From the NCBI GenBank assembly GCA_043813075.1, contig JBDRLL010000003.1, positions 54,606 through 118,605 on the forward strand: a DNA stretch of 64,000 nt, given 5' to 3'. Positions within the stretch are counted from its first letter, which is position 1. Each line of letters opens with the position of its first letter. The position numbers were made by a program, and so were the translations under genes. The notes beneath the pieces were generated by a model. That model saw only the letters and a list, made by a program, of their open reading frames with translations, searched no databases and was not told where the DNA came from. The DNA is from Candidatus Altiarchaeota archaeon. GTDB lineage: Archaea > Altiarchaeota > Altiarchaeia > IMC4 > SCGC-AAA252-I15. Below, one piece after another: positions 46,941-56,592 of the stretch.

Positions 46941-48605
46941 ATGAAAATCAGGTTGAGCTGCTTTAATCCGTTCTCATATAGCATAACCCCCCTCGGACTG
47001 GGATACAAAAACGCTTCCCACAACAACGCTGGACACGACTCTATGATACGCCTTTTTGAACGGGAGGAGTCAGCGTTCTACGACACACTGCTGTCGATGG
47101 ACTTTCTTGGGAAGAGATTCCCGCTAATATCGATACCAGAATACATACAACAGATCGAACTGGTGGAGAATGAAGTTTTCGCAGAGGAGCTCGGCTTCAT
47201 AGACAGGGGGGAGATGAACTACAGGTCCAGATTCCCCTCTGAAACAGAGAGGCTGGTTGGGATATGCGACTCCATAGCGGACAGCCTGTCAGGCAACAGT
47301 ATGGTGGGATTCAACATAACGTCAATAGCCATGGGACCGACACTATACATCTCGAAGGCAATTAGGGAGAGGGATGATGGCGTGAAGATAGTGTATGGGG
47401 GGCCGATAACAGACATGATGGCTGGAGTTTTAGACCCCATAAACGCCATGCACAAGTCCATCAACGAGTCAATGAGGAGTAGCGGCATATACGGGAGGTA
47501 CGCTGATTTTCTGGCTGGGAACGTCGACTTCCTGGTTCACGGTGAGGGTGAGGAGACTATTGTGGAAATTGCTAATGCGATTGATGATGGAGGTGACGCG
47601 GAGATACCGGGGACTACCGCCATCAGGGAGGGGTCTTTCAAGAGGAGTCGCCCTAGGAGGCCTGTTGACTTGGATGGGATATGCCGTCCAGACTTTGATG
47701 GCATAGACATGAGGACGTACGGGTATGTCACGTTCAACTTCTCCAGGGGTTGTATTAACGCGTGCACGTTCTGTGACGAGTGCCTGTTCTTCAAGGGCTA
47801 CAGAGTCAGGGATCCGGCAAAGGTTTTGGAGGAGTTGAGCGCCGGCTCAGAGAGATATCCTGGTAAAAGGTTTCTCGCGTGCGACAGCCTGCTGAACGGA
47901 GACCCTGCGAGGCTGAAGGAGCTCTGCAGGCTGATTACTGAGTCAGGGCTGCGTATAGACTGGAGCGGATACCTGCGGCTGCCTGAGACGGACGAGGAAC
48001 TAGTAGACCTGCTCTATGAGTCCGGTTTCAGGAGGCCGAAATTCGGTTTAGAGACCATCGACGATGGGGTCTATGAGGAGGTTGGCAAGCGGCAGGAGAC
48101 CGGTCACGCGCTTAGGATCATGGACTACTGCAGGAGGAAGGGCATGAAGGTGACCGCGAACTTCATGATCGGGTATCCGGGGAGGGGAATGGACTTCGAG
48201 CTGGAGGTGATGGATAGGGTTAAGGGCATACGAGGGCACTATGATTACATGCCGCTTGAATCGATAAACGTGGGTATAAGGTCGAGTGTCGCGAGCGACC
48301 CTGAGAGGTGGGGTTTCGAGATAAAAAGCACCCATGAATTCAGTGAGAGTGACTGGGAGTATTATACACTGGCAAGGTCGTATATCCCGGGAATCATAAC
48401 GTACACGAGGAATTCGCTGTCACGAAGCGAGGCTGAGAGGATATTCGAGGAATACAACAGGCACGGTCTTCTCAACAAGAGGGGGTTGGAGTATGGACTC
48501 CACAAGTATGGATTAGGATGGCTGAAAAAGTATAGGCGGTATATTCCGTTCAGCATATCCAACTGGCTTAAGCTCCAGTATCTTAAGGAGGAGATAATCA
48601 TTTGA
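46941..48605 (+). CDS. B12-binding domain radical SAM protein (class B), paralog 3
   Basis: KIVYGGP..LVHGEGEE B12-binding-like N-terminus; FSRGCINACTFC radical SAM core. Confidence 0.75.
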   Translation: MKIRLSCFNPFSYSITPLGLGYKNASHNNAGHDSMIRLFEREESAFYDTLLSMDFLGKRFPLISIPEYIQQIELVENEVFAEELGFIDRGEMNYRSRFPSETERLVGICDSIADSLSGNSMVGFNITSIAMGPTLYISKAIRERDDGVKIVYGGPITDMMAGVLDPINAMHKSINESMRSSGIYGRYADFLAGNVDFLVHGEGEETIVEIANAIDDGGDAEIPGTTAIREGSFKRSRPRRPVDLDGICRPDFDGIDMRTYGYVTFNFSRGCINACTFCDECLFFKGYRVRDPAKVLEELSAGSERYPGKRFLACDSLLNGDPARLKELCRLITESGLRIDWSGYLRLPETDEELVDLLYESGFRRPKFGLETIDDGVYEEVGKRQETGHALRIMDYCRRKGMKVTANFMIGYPGRGMDFELEVMDRVKGIRGHYDYMPLESINVGIRSSVASDPERWGFEIKSTHEFSESDWEYYTLARSYIPGIITYTRNSLSRSEAERIFEEYNRHGLLNKRGLEYGLHKYGLGWLKKYRRYIPFSISNWLKLQYLKEEIII

Positions 48606-49222
48606 CACATAGGGGAGAGCTTACCGGAGAATTGCCTGAACCCGACTGGGATGCGGTCTGGGGCAGGAATTTAGGCAAGAATCTGACGGTATTTAGGGTA
48701 TACTCTGGGCTCAGGTTCAGAAGCTATAGAAGACTGTTCAGTGGACTGGACCTGGAGGGTAGGGGGGTGCTGGAGATAGGGGGTGGGACAGGACAGTTAG
48801 GCAGCATGCTTGGGAGGGAATTCAAGTGCAATGTAACACTGATAGACGATAGTGAAGAGGCTTTCAGATTCCACTCCAGATTCGGCATAAAAGGGGTGGA
48901 TTATGTGAGGGGGGATGTCTTCAGGCATGAGGGAGTCTACCATCTAGTCTACAGTGACGGGCTTATAGAACACTACAGGGGCGCTAAGAGGGAGGATCTG
49001 ATACGGCGTCATTCCCTGTTATGCGGTGAGGGGGGTTACACCGCCTTTTTTGTGCCAAAAAAATCGTTTTTCGTTGACATGTTCCTCACACTCAGGGGCT
49101 ATTACGAGGAGAAGTACGACGTGGATGGCATCACTTCAGAGCTGGAGGAGAATGGCCTTGAGGTCCTCAAGACTGTGGAGGATTTCCATATGATAGGTGT
49201 GTTATGCGAGCAGAGGGGATAG
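48602..49222 (+). CDS. class I SAM-dependent methyltransferase
   Basis: VLEIGGGTGQLG (motif I), LIDDSEE (acidic motif II); overlaps both neighbours, so it is operonic. Confidence 0.65.
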   Translation: MTHRGELTGELPEPDWDAVWGRNLGKNLTVFRVYSGLRFRSYRRLFSGLDLEGRGVLEIGGGTGQLGSMLGREFKCNVTLIDDSEEAFRFHSRFGIKGVDYVRGDVFRHEGVYHLVYSDGLIEHYRGAKREDLIRRHSLLCGEGGYTAFFVPKKSFFVDMFLTLRGYYEEKYDVDGITSELEENGLEVLKTVEDFHMIGVLCEQRG

Positions 49223-50559
49223 CCTTTGAGGCAAGGACTAGGAGCCTCTGCCCAGTTTGCCTCAAGCAGGTGGACGCGAGCGTAAGGATTATTGAGGGTA
49301 AGGTCAGCATCAGCAAGGAATGCGACAAGCATGGCTCCTTCGAGTCGCCGCATTTTTGGGGTGATGAAGTGCTTTATCACGCGATGAAGAGGATAGCGGA
49401 CATGTGTGATGACGGGGTACCCCCGGACAACCTCGGGTTGTATCTCACACAGAAGTGCGATTTGAGTTGCAGCTACTGTTATCTGAAGGATAATGAGGAG
49501 GGGATGGAAGAGCCGAGCATAAGCGATGTCTTAGATTATGTGTCCGGATTTAAGGGGTCGACTGTCATACTAAGCGGGGGGGAGCCGACACTCAGGGACG
49601 ACCTGCCTGAGATAATCAAGGTGGTGCGGGAGAGAGGATACATGATTGTGCTCGCGACAAATGGCATGAGGCTTTCGAGAGAATACGTGGAAGACCTGAA
49701 GTCATGCGGTTTGGGCATGGTGATGCTGTCTTTCACGACCTTTAAGGAGGAATACTCAGAGAGACTGCAGGGCATCAACACTGTCGAGGCTAAGAGAAGC
49801 GCTGTAAGAAACCTTAATGACGCATGCATCCCATTGTTCCTCTACATTCCTGTTTTGAGGGGGGTGAACGACAGTGAGATAGGCGCATTCATAGATTACG
49901 CCAAATCCGTGAATGCGGTGAGGGCGGTTGACTTCAATGTGACAACACACCCAGGAGGATTCTCAGACAAGCTGACGCTCACACAGAAGGAGATTATCGA
50001 CGTGATAGGAGAGCATACTGGCGTTGGCGTTGAGGACTTTACGGACTGCACGTTATCCGTGCACCTTGCATCAGAGGCATTAAGGAAGGTATTAGGTGGT
50101 GGGAGGAGGAGTTCAGGATGTTATCTGAGACTATACTTCCTCAGGTCAGGGGAGGTCTTAAGTCCAGTGAGCGGGATTCTGGACTTGAAGTATGTTAACA
50201 TGAGGCTTCTATCAGCCAACGCTATCCTTGACTCGAAATCACCGCTCAGGAGAATCAAGGCGTTGAGCATCATCGCGGGATTGTTCCTATCAACCGCTTG
50301 GCGGAATCAGGAGGGGATGATGCTTTGTTCAAGTGTTGTCAGAAGCATTGCCTCCAGGAGAGGTGGCTCGTCTGCTGGCGGCGGATTACTATGCATTAAT
50401 GTTATGCGATTCAACGACCGCTTCAACGCTGACCTTGGTTTCACTCGGGCATGCTGCTCGCACAGCATCAGGAATGCTTCAGAGAAGCCAATGTGCGCGT
50501 GCATTAGGGAAATGTATTTCTGCAGGCCGCCTGTCTTTAAGAAAAGGAATCTAAAGTAG
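49204..50559 (+). CDS. radical SAM protein, paralog C of 44128-45468
   Basis: CPVCLKQVDA...ECDKHG; TQKCDLSCSYC (CX3CX2C); SGGEPT; ~450 aa. Confidence 0.55.
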   Translation: MRAEGIAFEARTRSLCPVCLKQVDASVRIIEGKVSISKECDKHGSFESPHFWGDEVLYHAMKRIADMCDDGVPPDNLGLYLTQKCDLSCSYCYLKDNEEGMEEPSISDVLDYVSGFKGSTVILSGGEPTLRDDLPEIIKVVRERGYMIVLATNGMRLSREYVEDLKSCGLGMVMLSFTTFKEEYSERLQGINTVEAKRSAVRNLNDACIPLFLYIPVLRGVNDSEIGAFIDYAKSVNAVRAVDFNVTTHPGGFSDKLTLTQKEIIDVIGEHTGVGVEDFTDCTLSVHLASEALRKVLGGGRRSSGCYLRLYFLRSGEVLSPVSGILDLKYVNMRLLSANAILDSKSPLRRIKALSIIAGLFLSTAWRNQEGMMLCSSVVRSIASRRGGSSAGGGLLCINVMRFNDRFNADLGFTRACCSHSIRNASEKPMCACIREMYFCRPPVFKKRNLK

Positions 50560-50565
50560 TGTATA

Positions 50566-52746
50566 ATGCAATTCTGGCGTGGGGGTATTGCAAGGGACTT
50601 GCTGTTCCTGGTCTGCCTTTCTGCGGTTATACTAGTCATCGGAGCATCCAGCATAAGGGAGAAGTCTCCAGTATGGGACGAACCATATTATGTTGGAGCG
50701 GGATACTACATGCTCAGACAGTGGGATAAACCGTGGATAAACTATACCAGCCTAGTTCCCATAATAACGCACCCCCCGCTACCGTATTACGTCAACAGCA
50801 TACCGTTCTACATATACGACTTGATTGGCGACTTCTCGGATGGAGGATTGTTTGATACAAATGAGAGCGAACTAGTCACGTATCCGCCACCAAGCGTGGA
50901 TGAGATATTGGATTTGAAGAGGGATTATCCTGAAAAATTCGGGCAGAGATTCATATACTCTGACGAATACGAGGAGTACGACCTCCTGTTCTACTCGAGG
51001 TGCTCGATGCTACTATTGCTGATACTATGCAGCACATACATGTTCGTGATTGCCAAGAGATACTACGGTTTCGAGACGGCCTGCGTGATAACCGCTTTAT
51101 TCTCGCTAAACCCGAGCATACTCGCACACGCCAGGCTGGCGACAACCGATATCGCTCCGGCATGCTTTAATCTCATATCATTCTACTACTTCACGCTTTT
51201 CATGGAGAGGAAGAGTCTGACGAGGGGTCTTGCTGTAGGCATAACACTCGGACTGGCCTTGCTCAGCAAGGAATCCAGCACCTACCTGCTGGCACTATAT
51301 TCCGCAATAGTATTCATCCGACTAGTGTCATGGTTTGTGTCGAGGGTCGTGCATGTAGTAAAGACTTGTTGTGGTCTTATGAGTGATAAAAACAGAATGT
51401 CCGAGTCCATCGCGTCGATGCTAACTTGGAGTAGGTTTAGGGGGAGCCTCCCGCTCTTAGGGCTCATAACGCTCATCTCACTGACAGGTGTTTCAGTATA
51501 CCATGGCGGGGAAAAAAGCACTATAGTATACGTTGTGGTGATAACGCTTTTCATGATCTTCTACTCTGAGGGGAGGAAGAGGGCTTTCATTGGTTTTGTC
51601 AGATGGTTTTTCCGGCTTTTGAGGTCGCTGACACCATACGCGATGATTGTTGTTTTAGCGACAACCACATTGAATGCGGGGTACTTGTTCACGGAGATAA
51701 ACTACGACTGGCTCGAGAACTGGGGGGGTATCCTGCTAAAGGACGTCCGCTTCTCGCAAGACGAGATGATGGATAGGAGCATTAGGGGTTATGCCCTTGG
51801 CTTGAGACTGCCTGTGTCAGACTACTACCTCTACACTATAATGAATACGCGAGTTCATATGAGGGTCGGGCACCCAAGCTACATAAAGGATGTTATAATC
51901 TCTAGTAGGGAGGTGGGCGAGATGAAACCCGGATTCGTGGAGGACGAGATGCTGAAGATAAGGGAGGGTGTTAGTGTGAAGAAGAGGATGGACTACTGGG
52001 TGACGCTATTCCTGATAAAAGCCCCTGAAGGGCTTCTGATACTGCTGCTCTTCTCGATATTCTACTTCTTCTCAAACCAATTCAAGAGGGGGATAGTCAA
52101 CGATAAGTTGACATGGTTCAGGACGTGCCTTGTGCTGAACATAATCACGGCCTGCATGATGATTCTCGCATCAACCATACTGATTGGCGTAAGACTTGTG
52201 TTATTCATATTTCCGCTATTGTATCTACTACTAGCGGAGCCGATGAAGGCTCTGCTGTCTGGCGGCAGAACCTCCAGGAGACTAGCATACATCATCATAG
52301 CATTATCGGTACTCCCAGCTGTCATATACCACCCGCACTACATCCCCTACTTCAATCAGTTGGTTGGCGGCCCGGAAAACGGATACACTTACGCTTCAGA
52401 CTCGAATGTTGACTGGGGTCAGGATTTGCCTGGCCTGAAGGAGTATATGGACGAGAAAGGCATTGACGAGATTAAACTGGCATACTTCGGGACCGCGAGG
52501 ATAGATGAGTATGGGATAGAGTATTTTTCACTGCCAAACAACCAGGGGATAGAGATGTTCTCTGGGCAGCGGAGTCCTGACGTGGAGTGCGGCCCTGTTG
52601 AGGGCATACTCGCAGTCAGCGCGACAAGCCTGACAGGGCAGTTCGGAGACCCCGGATGCTATGAGTGGCTTAGAGGCTACGAACCGATGGACAACATAGG
52701 ATATTCCATACTAGTCTATAACATCACCAATGCAACAGCAGGCTAG
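50566..52746 (+). CDS. GT-C fold membrane glycosyltransferase, PMT/ArnT (GT39/GT83)-like
   Basis: 726 aa, >10 TM helices; first-loop VWDEPYYVGAGYYM (DE motif) is typical of PMT_2/ArnT-family lipid-linked-sugar transferases; last gene of the rSAM operon. Confidence 0.55.
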   Translation: MQFWRGGIARDLLFLVCLSAVILVIGASSIREKSPVWDEPYYVGAGYYMLRQWDKPWINYTSLVPIITHPPLPYYVNSIPFYIYDLIGDFSDGGLFDTNESELVTYPPPSVDEILDLKRDYPEKFGQRFIYSDEYEEYDLLFYSRCSMLLLLILCSTYMFVIAKRYYGFETACVITALFSLNPSILAHARLATTDIAPACFNLISFYYFTLFMERKSLTRGLAVGITLGLALLSKESSTYLLALYSAIVFIRLVSWFVSRVVHVVKTCCGLMSDKNRMSESIASMLTWSRFRGSLPLLGLITLISLTGVSVYHGGEKSTIVYVVVITLFMIFYSEGRKRAFIGFVRWFFRLLRSLTPYAMIVVLATTTLNAGYLFTEINYDWLENWGGILLKDVRFSQDEMMDRSIRGYALGLRLPVSDYYLYTIMNTRVHMRVGHPSYIKDVIISSREVGEMKPGFVEDEMLKIREGVSVKKRMDYWVTLFLIKAPEGLLILLLFSIFYFFSNQFKRGIVNDKLTWFRTCLVLNIITACMMILASTILIGVRLVLFIFPLLYLLLAEPMKALLSGGRTSRRLAYIIIALSVLPAVIYHPHYIPYFNQLVGGPENGYTYASDSNVDWGQDLPGLKEYMDEKGIDEIKLAYFGTARIDEYGIEYFSLPNNQGIEMFSGQRSPDVECGPVEGILAVSATSLTGQFGDPGCYEWLRGYEPMDNIGYSILVYNITNATAG

Positions 52747-52749
52747 CGG

Positions 52750-53040
52750 CTATGCTTTGGAAGGAGTGTTCTGGAATCTGCTCCAGTAGGCTAGGGCAGA
52801 TACTGTCACCAAGATTATAACCAGGTAAGAGGTAAGTGAGGTTATGGCTATGCCAGCATTCTTGTTTATAAAGTATATTATAAGATGTGGTATCACACCC
52901 AGTATGGCGCTTAATCCGATCCTCTCGACTATACTGACGTCATTGCGCTTAGGGAATATTGCGAGGGATAGGGCGTACCCAGGGACGAATATGAACAAGA
53001 GGGAGATTATTGTGCCCCAGAATATGCTTTGACCGTCCAT
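52750..53040 (-). CDS. small membrane protein
   Basis: 96 aa, three TM helices. Confidence 0.35.
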   Translation of the reverse strand: MDGQSIFWGTIISLLFIFVPGYALSLAIFPKRNDVSIVERIGLSAILGVIPHLIIYFINKNAGIAITSLTSYLVIILVTVSALAYWSRFQNTPSKA

Positions 53041-53075
53041 CCTTTATTATTACACAACAAGCCCATAAAAAGCCT

Positions 53076-54161
53076 TTAAAGCATGTCTGCAATGAAGAAG
53101 GGCGAGTAGGCGAGGAATTTGACCGCGAACCGGGGGTTGAAGGCTAGGCTGCTGATAACCCTTGACGCATAGTCCATGTCGCCCCCACTCTCAAGACTGC
53201 CCCTTACAGACTGGAGTAGGTCGAAGAGACGATCCAGACTCTTTGGTGAAAGCCCGGATAAGAAACGATGTATGAACAAGTGCATGAGAAGCTCGCGTCC
53301 GACCGCCCTCTTCCATTCGCGCTCGTATTGGTCGCTGAAAGCATATTCAGCAGCCAGACCGCCCATGACGATTCCGCCGCCGGTGGAAGCCTTCACCTGC
53401 CCTCCAGCATCCCCCACAGTCACCAGACCATCGTACTGCGTCCTCATCGACGGCTTGTGTATGGGTATTATCCCGTAGTGCTCGTCGAACACCGTGTCTT
53501 TTCTGAGGCGGCCTTCATCACGCAGTTTTTTCACGAATGCCTCCATGTAGGGCCTTGGATTTCTCTTGGTGCAGAGTCCGATGCGAGCACGGTCCCCGAT
53601 GGGTATGACCCATGCGAAGAAGTCAGGGACGGTGAAATACAATTCAGCGAAATCATTGTCGCATTCAACGTCCATCTCGTACTGCATTCCAATGAGGAAT
53701 TCGCTCGGCTTTTCAATGCCCATTGTGATGTGGAGTGAGTAGTCCGTTCCGGTGGCGAGGGCTATTCGGTCGGCCTTTATCTTGGAGCCGTCACTGGTGG
53801 ATATTGTGCCATTGACGTCAACCACGCGGCCGGTGGCCCGGACTGCTCCCGCATCAACTGCCTTGTTTAAGAGGTGGCCGTCAAAACCTATACGATCCAC
53901 CACACACGCCATCGTCTTGCCGCCATCAGCCTCGAACAGCACGCCCCCTGGAGAGTAGAACCTCGCGCCACGAATCCTGTTCAATATGAAATCCCCGTCA
54001 CTAACGCCCAGTCTCTCAAGTCCAGACTTGCTTATCAGGCCCGCACACTGGACCCTGCAGACGTCGCCGCCTATCAGCGCGACATCCATTGACTTGGCGG
54101 CGTGCGTTGCTGCGATACAACCTACGGGGCCTGCACCCACCACAGCAGCGTCATATTTCAT
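53076..54161 (-). CDS. ggr: digeranylgeranylglycerophospholipid (geranylgeranyl) reductase
   Basis: MKYDAAVVGAGPVGCIAA (FAD GxGxxG), ~360 aa, FixC/GGR family architecture. Confidence 0.85.
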   Translation of the reverse strand: MKYDAAVVGAGPVGCIAATHAAKSMDVALIGGDVCRVQCAGLISKSGLERLGVSDGDFILNRIRGARFYSPGGVLFEADGGKTMACVVDRIGFDGHLLNKAVDAGAVRATGRVVDVNGTISTSDGSKIKADRIALATGTDYSLHITMGIEKPSEFLIGMQYEMDVECDNDFAELYFTVPDFFAWVIPIGDRARIGLCTKRNPRPYMEAFVKKLRDEGRLRKDTVFDEHYGIIPIHKPSMRTQYDGLVTVGDAGGQVKASTGGGIVMGGLAAEYAFSDQYEREWKRAVGRELLMHLFIHRFLSGLSPKSLDRLFDLLQSVRGSLESGGDMDYASRVISSLAFNPRFAVKFLAYSPFFIADML

Positions 54162-54859
54162 TTCTTCTTGTGCTTAGAATAAGCCAGGAGCAGCCTATTG
54201 GTTGAAACCAGTATCTTATCCTTCCTATCCGTCTTGACTTCTATCAGCTTCTTACTCTCAAGCGACTCAGCCCACTCCATGACAGTGTTCTTGTCTGAGT
54301 CGAGGAGTATCGCCGCGTCAATCAGCTTGACCCTCTTCAGTCTTGCGACAGTCTTGGCGAGTTCCTTTGGTCCGGAAGACTTGGCCTGCGACTTTTCCCT
54401 CTTTTCGGGGGATGCTATGAGGTCGTCGAATGAATCCTCTGTTAGAGGGGTCACTATCCTCTGTGATACGGGCCTCTCGGGTTCAGTGGGCCTTGCCTTG
54501 GAGGCGTATTCCAGTTCGTCGGTTATCCTCTTGACGTCATCCTCAAGACGTTTCACGTCAGATTCTCTCCCAGCGAGCTTTGACGCCCATTCGGAGTCCT
54601 TGTTTCTAACTTCTTCACGCAATTGGCGTATGGTTTCGTTGGAGCGCATGAGGTGGTATGTTAGGACATCCATCTTCTCAGCGACTGCGATAGCGTATAG
54701 CTGGTCTGGGTGCGCTCCGGTGAGGGAACGCTGGTACCATGCGTCAAGCTCCTGCTCACGCTTCAAGAGCATTGCGTGTTCACGCACGTATTTTCTCTCA
54801 AGTTCCTCGTATCTCCTGCGTTCTTCCTTAAGCTGTTTTTCCAGGTCTTCCCCAGCCAT
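54158..54859 (-). CDS. coiled-coil protein with C-terminal HTH-like module
   Basis: 233 aa, E/K/R-rich heptads; C-terminal LIDAAILLDSDKNTVMEWAESLESKKLIEV resembles the terminal modules of the 34714-37023 protein. Confidence 0.45.
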   Translation of the reverse strand: MAGEDLEKQLKEERRRYEELERKYVREHAMLLKREQELDAWYQRSLTGAHPDQLYAIAVAEKMDVLTYHLMRSNETIRQLREEVRNKDSEWASKLAGRESDVKRLEDDVKRITDELEYASKARPTEPERPVSQRIVTPLTEDSFDDLIASPEKREKSQAKSSGPKELAKTVARLKRVKLIDAAILLDSDKNTVMEWAESLESKKLIEVKTDRKDKILVSTNRLLLAYSKHKKK

Positions 54860-54862
54860 TCT

Positions 54863-55963
54863 TCAATCACCCCTTAAGTCGATCACGTCAACGTCCTCAG
54901 GCCCCGTTGAGATTATAGCCACCGTGACGCCCACCTTATCCTCTATGTTCTTTATGTGGGCTAGCGCGTCCGCCGGCAAGTCATCTATGGATGTTGCACC
55001 AGCGCATTCTGGGAACAGTTTGTCGAGGCATGTGACGCATATTCTCGTTGCACCATTCACTCTCGCAGAGTATCTGGCGAGAGTGAAGTCGAATGAGCCT
55101 ATCTTCCTCGGTCTGCCGGTTACTGTACCTACTTCGCCGAGATAACACGCTATCCGCTCGTTGTCGTTTTCGCCCTTGCACCCGGCATCCTCAGCCCACT
55201 TCAGGACGTTAGTCCATATGCTGCTGCCCTCTATCTCCTCGTTTGTCAGGTAGTGGACGTATGGGTCTTCACCAACCCTGCTCATGTAAGCCTTGTATAT
55301 GACGTACACATCGTCTACTCGTGTTGGGCCCACGCCCATGTCTGCTGCGGCGGTGGATGCTGAAGTGTCCTTGCTGGTCACATAGGGGTAGTTGCCGTAG
55401 TAGAGGCTTAGTCCGAATCCCTGGCTTGCCTCGATGAGCACTTCCTCCCCCGCATCAATGGCGTCGTTAACTATCTGGGGCACGTCGGCTATGAAGTCCT
55501 TGAGTTCTGGGAAGTCCTTGGCCTGCCTTGCCACACGATTGACTCGGGCAGCATTCGCCGGACCGCATCCGGAGCCGGTTGTCCCTATCTTCTTGCTGTT
55601 GGCTCCCCTATCCTCCTGCTTGTGTTTTTCCTCGATGACTGCGCAACGCTTGTCGACGAATACGCGCCCACGGGTATTAGTCTCATCAACCTCCTTCATC
55701 AAAGTTGGTATGTCCACGAGTACTCCCGCCCCAATCAGCAGCTTCGCTGTCTGATTCATGAACCCGCAGTTTATCATCCGCAGCCCGTATTTCCTGCCGT
55801 TGTGGACTATCGTATGGCCTGCGTTAGGCCCGACACCAGCCCGCCCTATCACCGACGGATTGTCCTTTAATGCGAGATAGGATATTATCTTGCCCTTGCC
55901 CTCATCCCCGTAATGTCCTCCAACCACTATAGAAACCATATCGTACACCCTATTTGAAAACAA
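54863..55963 (-). CDS. purA: adenylosuccinate synthetase (short archaeal type)
   Basis: GGHYGDEGKGKI (P-loop), GPNAGHT, TTGSGCGPA motifs. Confidence 0.85.
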   Translation of the reverse strand: MFSNRVYDMVSIVVGGHYGDEGKGKIISYLALKDNPSVIGRAGVGPNAGHTIVHNGRKYGLRMINCGFMNQTAKLLIGAGVLVDIPTLMKEVDETNTRGRVFVDKRCAVIEEKHKQEDRGANSKKIGTTGSGCGPANAARVNRVARQAKDFPELKDFIADVPQIVNDAIDAGEEVLIEASQGFGLSLYYGNYPYVTSKDTSASTAAADMGVGPTRVDDVYVIYKAYMSRVGEDPYVHYLTNEEIEGSSIWTNVLKWAEDAGCKGENDNERIACYLGEVGTVTGRPRKIGSFDFTLARYSARVNGATRICVTCLDKLFPECAGATSIDDLPADALAHIKNIEDKVGVTVAIISTGPEDVDVIDLRGD

Positions 55964-56013
55964 GTAAAATAGTGGGATTGAATATTATTAAGCTGGCTTC
56001 ACATTAGGTTAAG

Positions 56014-56592
56014 ATGCTGGATAAACGCGACTGCAGGGCCATTAAGGCCGATTTGGACAAGCTCAGCAGGGGTAAGATAGAGGTCATGAAGCAGTCGAGG
56101 GAGATTGTTAAGGCGTCTAAGGAGCTGATATACAGCATACACCGGGGGGACGTTAAGGGATCCCGTGCGCTTCTCGCCAACATCCGGAAGAAGAGGGGGG
56201 TGCTTGATAGGATAGCCTCAACCCCGAGGCTTAGGGCATACCATCCGTACATCAATGGCGTGCAGGAGTATGTTGAGGCTGTATCATACCACTACGTGAT
56301 GACTAGTGGGCATATTCCATCCCGGAAAGACCTTGACGTGGACAGCGAGACGTATCTGATGGGCCTGTCAGACCTGACGGGCGAGCTTATGAGGAAGGGT
56401 GTCGACGACATGGTGAATGAGAGATACGCGCATGCGATAATGATGAGGGATGCGGTGGCCGAGATTTACGGTCTCATGCTCAGTCTTGACCTGGATGGTG
56501 GTGAGGCGCGGAGAAAGTCTGATGCGGTCAAGTGGAACCTGGCGAAGCTCGAGGATTTGGTGTACGATGCCAAGATAAGGGACAAGATATGA
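56014..56592 (+). CDS. translin-family protein
   Basis: All-helical 192 aa; GLSDLTGELMRKGV and the C-terminal LEDLVYDAKIRD resemble the translin/TRAX C-terminal signature (..VYDLSIRG). Confidence 0.5.
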   Translation: MLDKRDCRAIKADLDKLSRGKIEVMKQSREIVKASKELIYSIHRGDVKGSRALLANIRKKRGVLDRIASTPRLRAYHPYINGVQEYVEAVSYHYVMTSGHIPSRKDLDVDSETYLMGLSDLTGELMRKGVDDMVNERYAHAIMMRDAVAEIYGLMLSLDLDGGEARRKSDAVKWNLAKLEDLVYDAKIRDKI

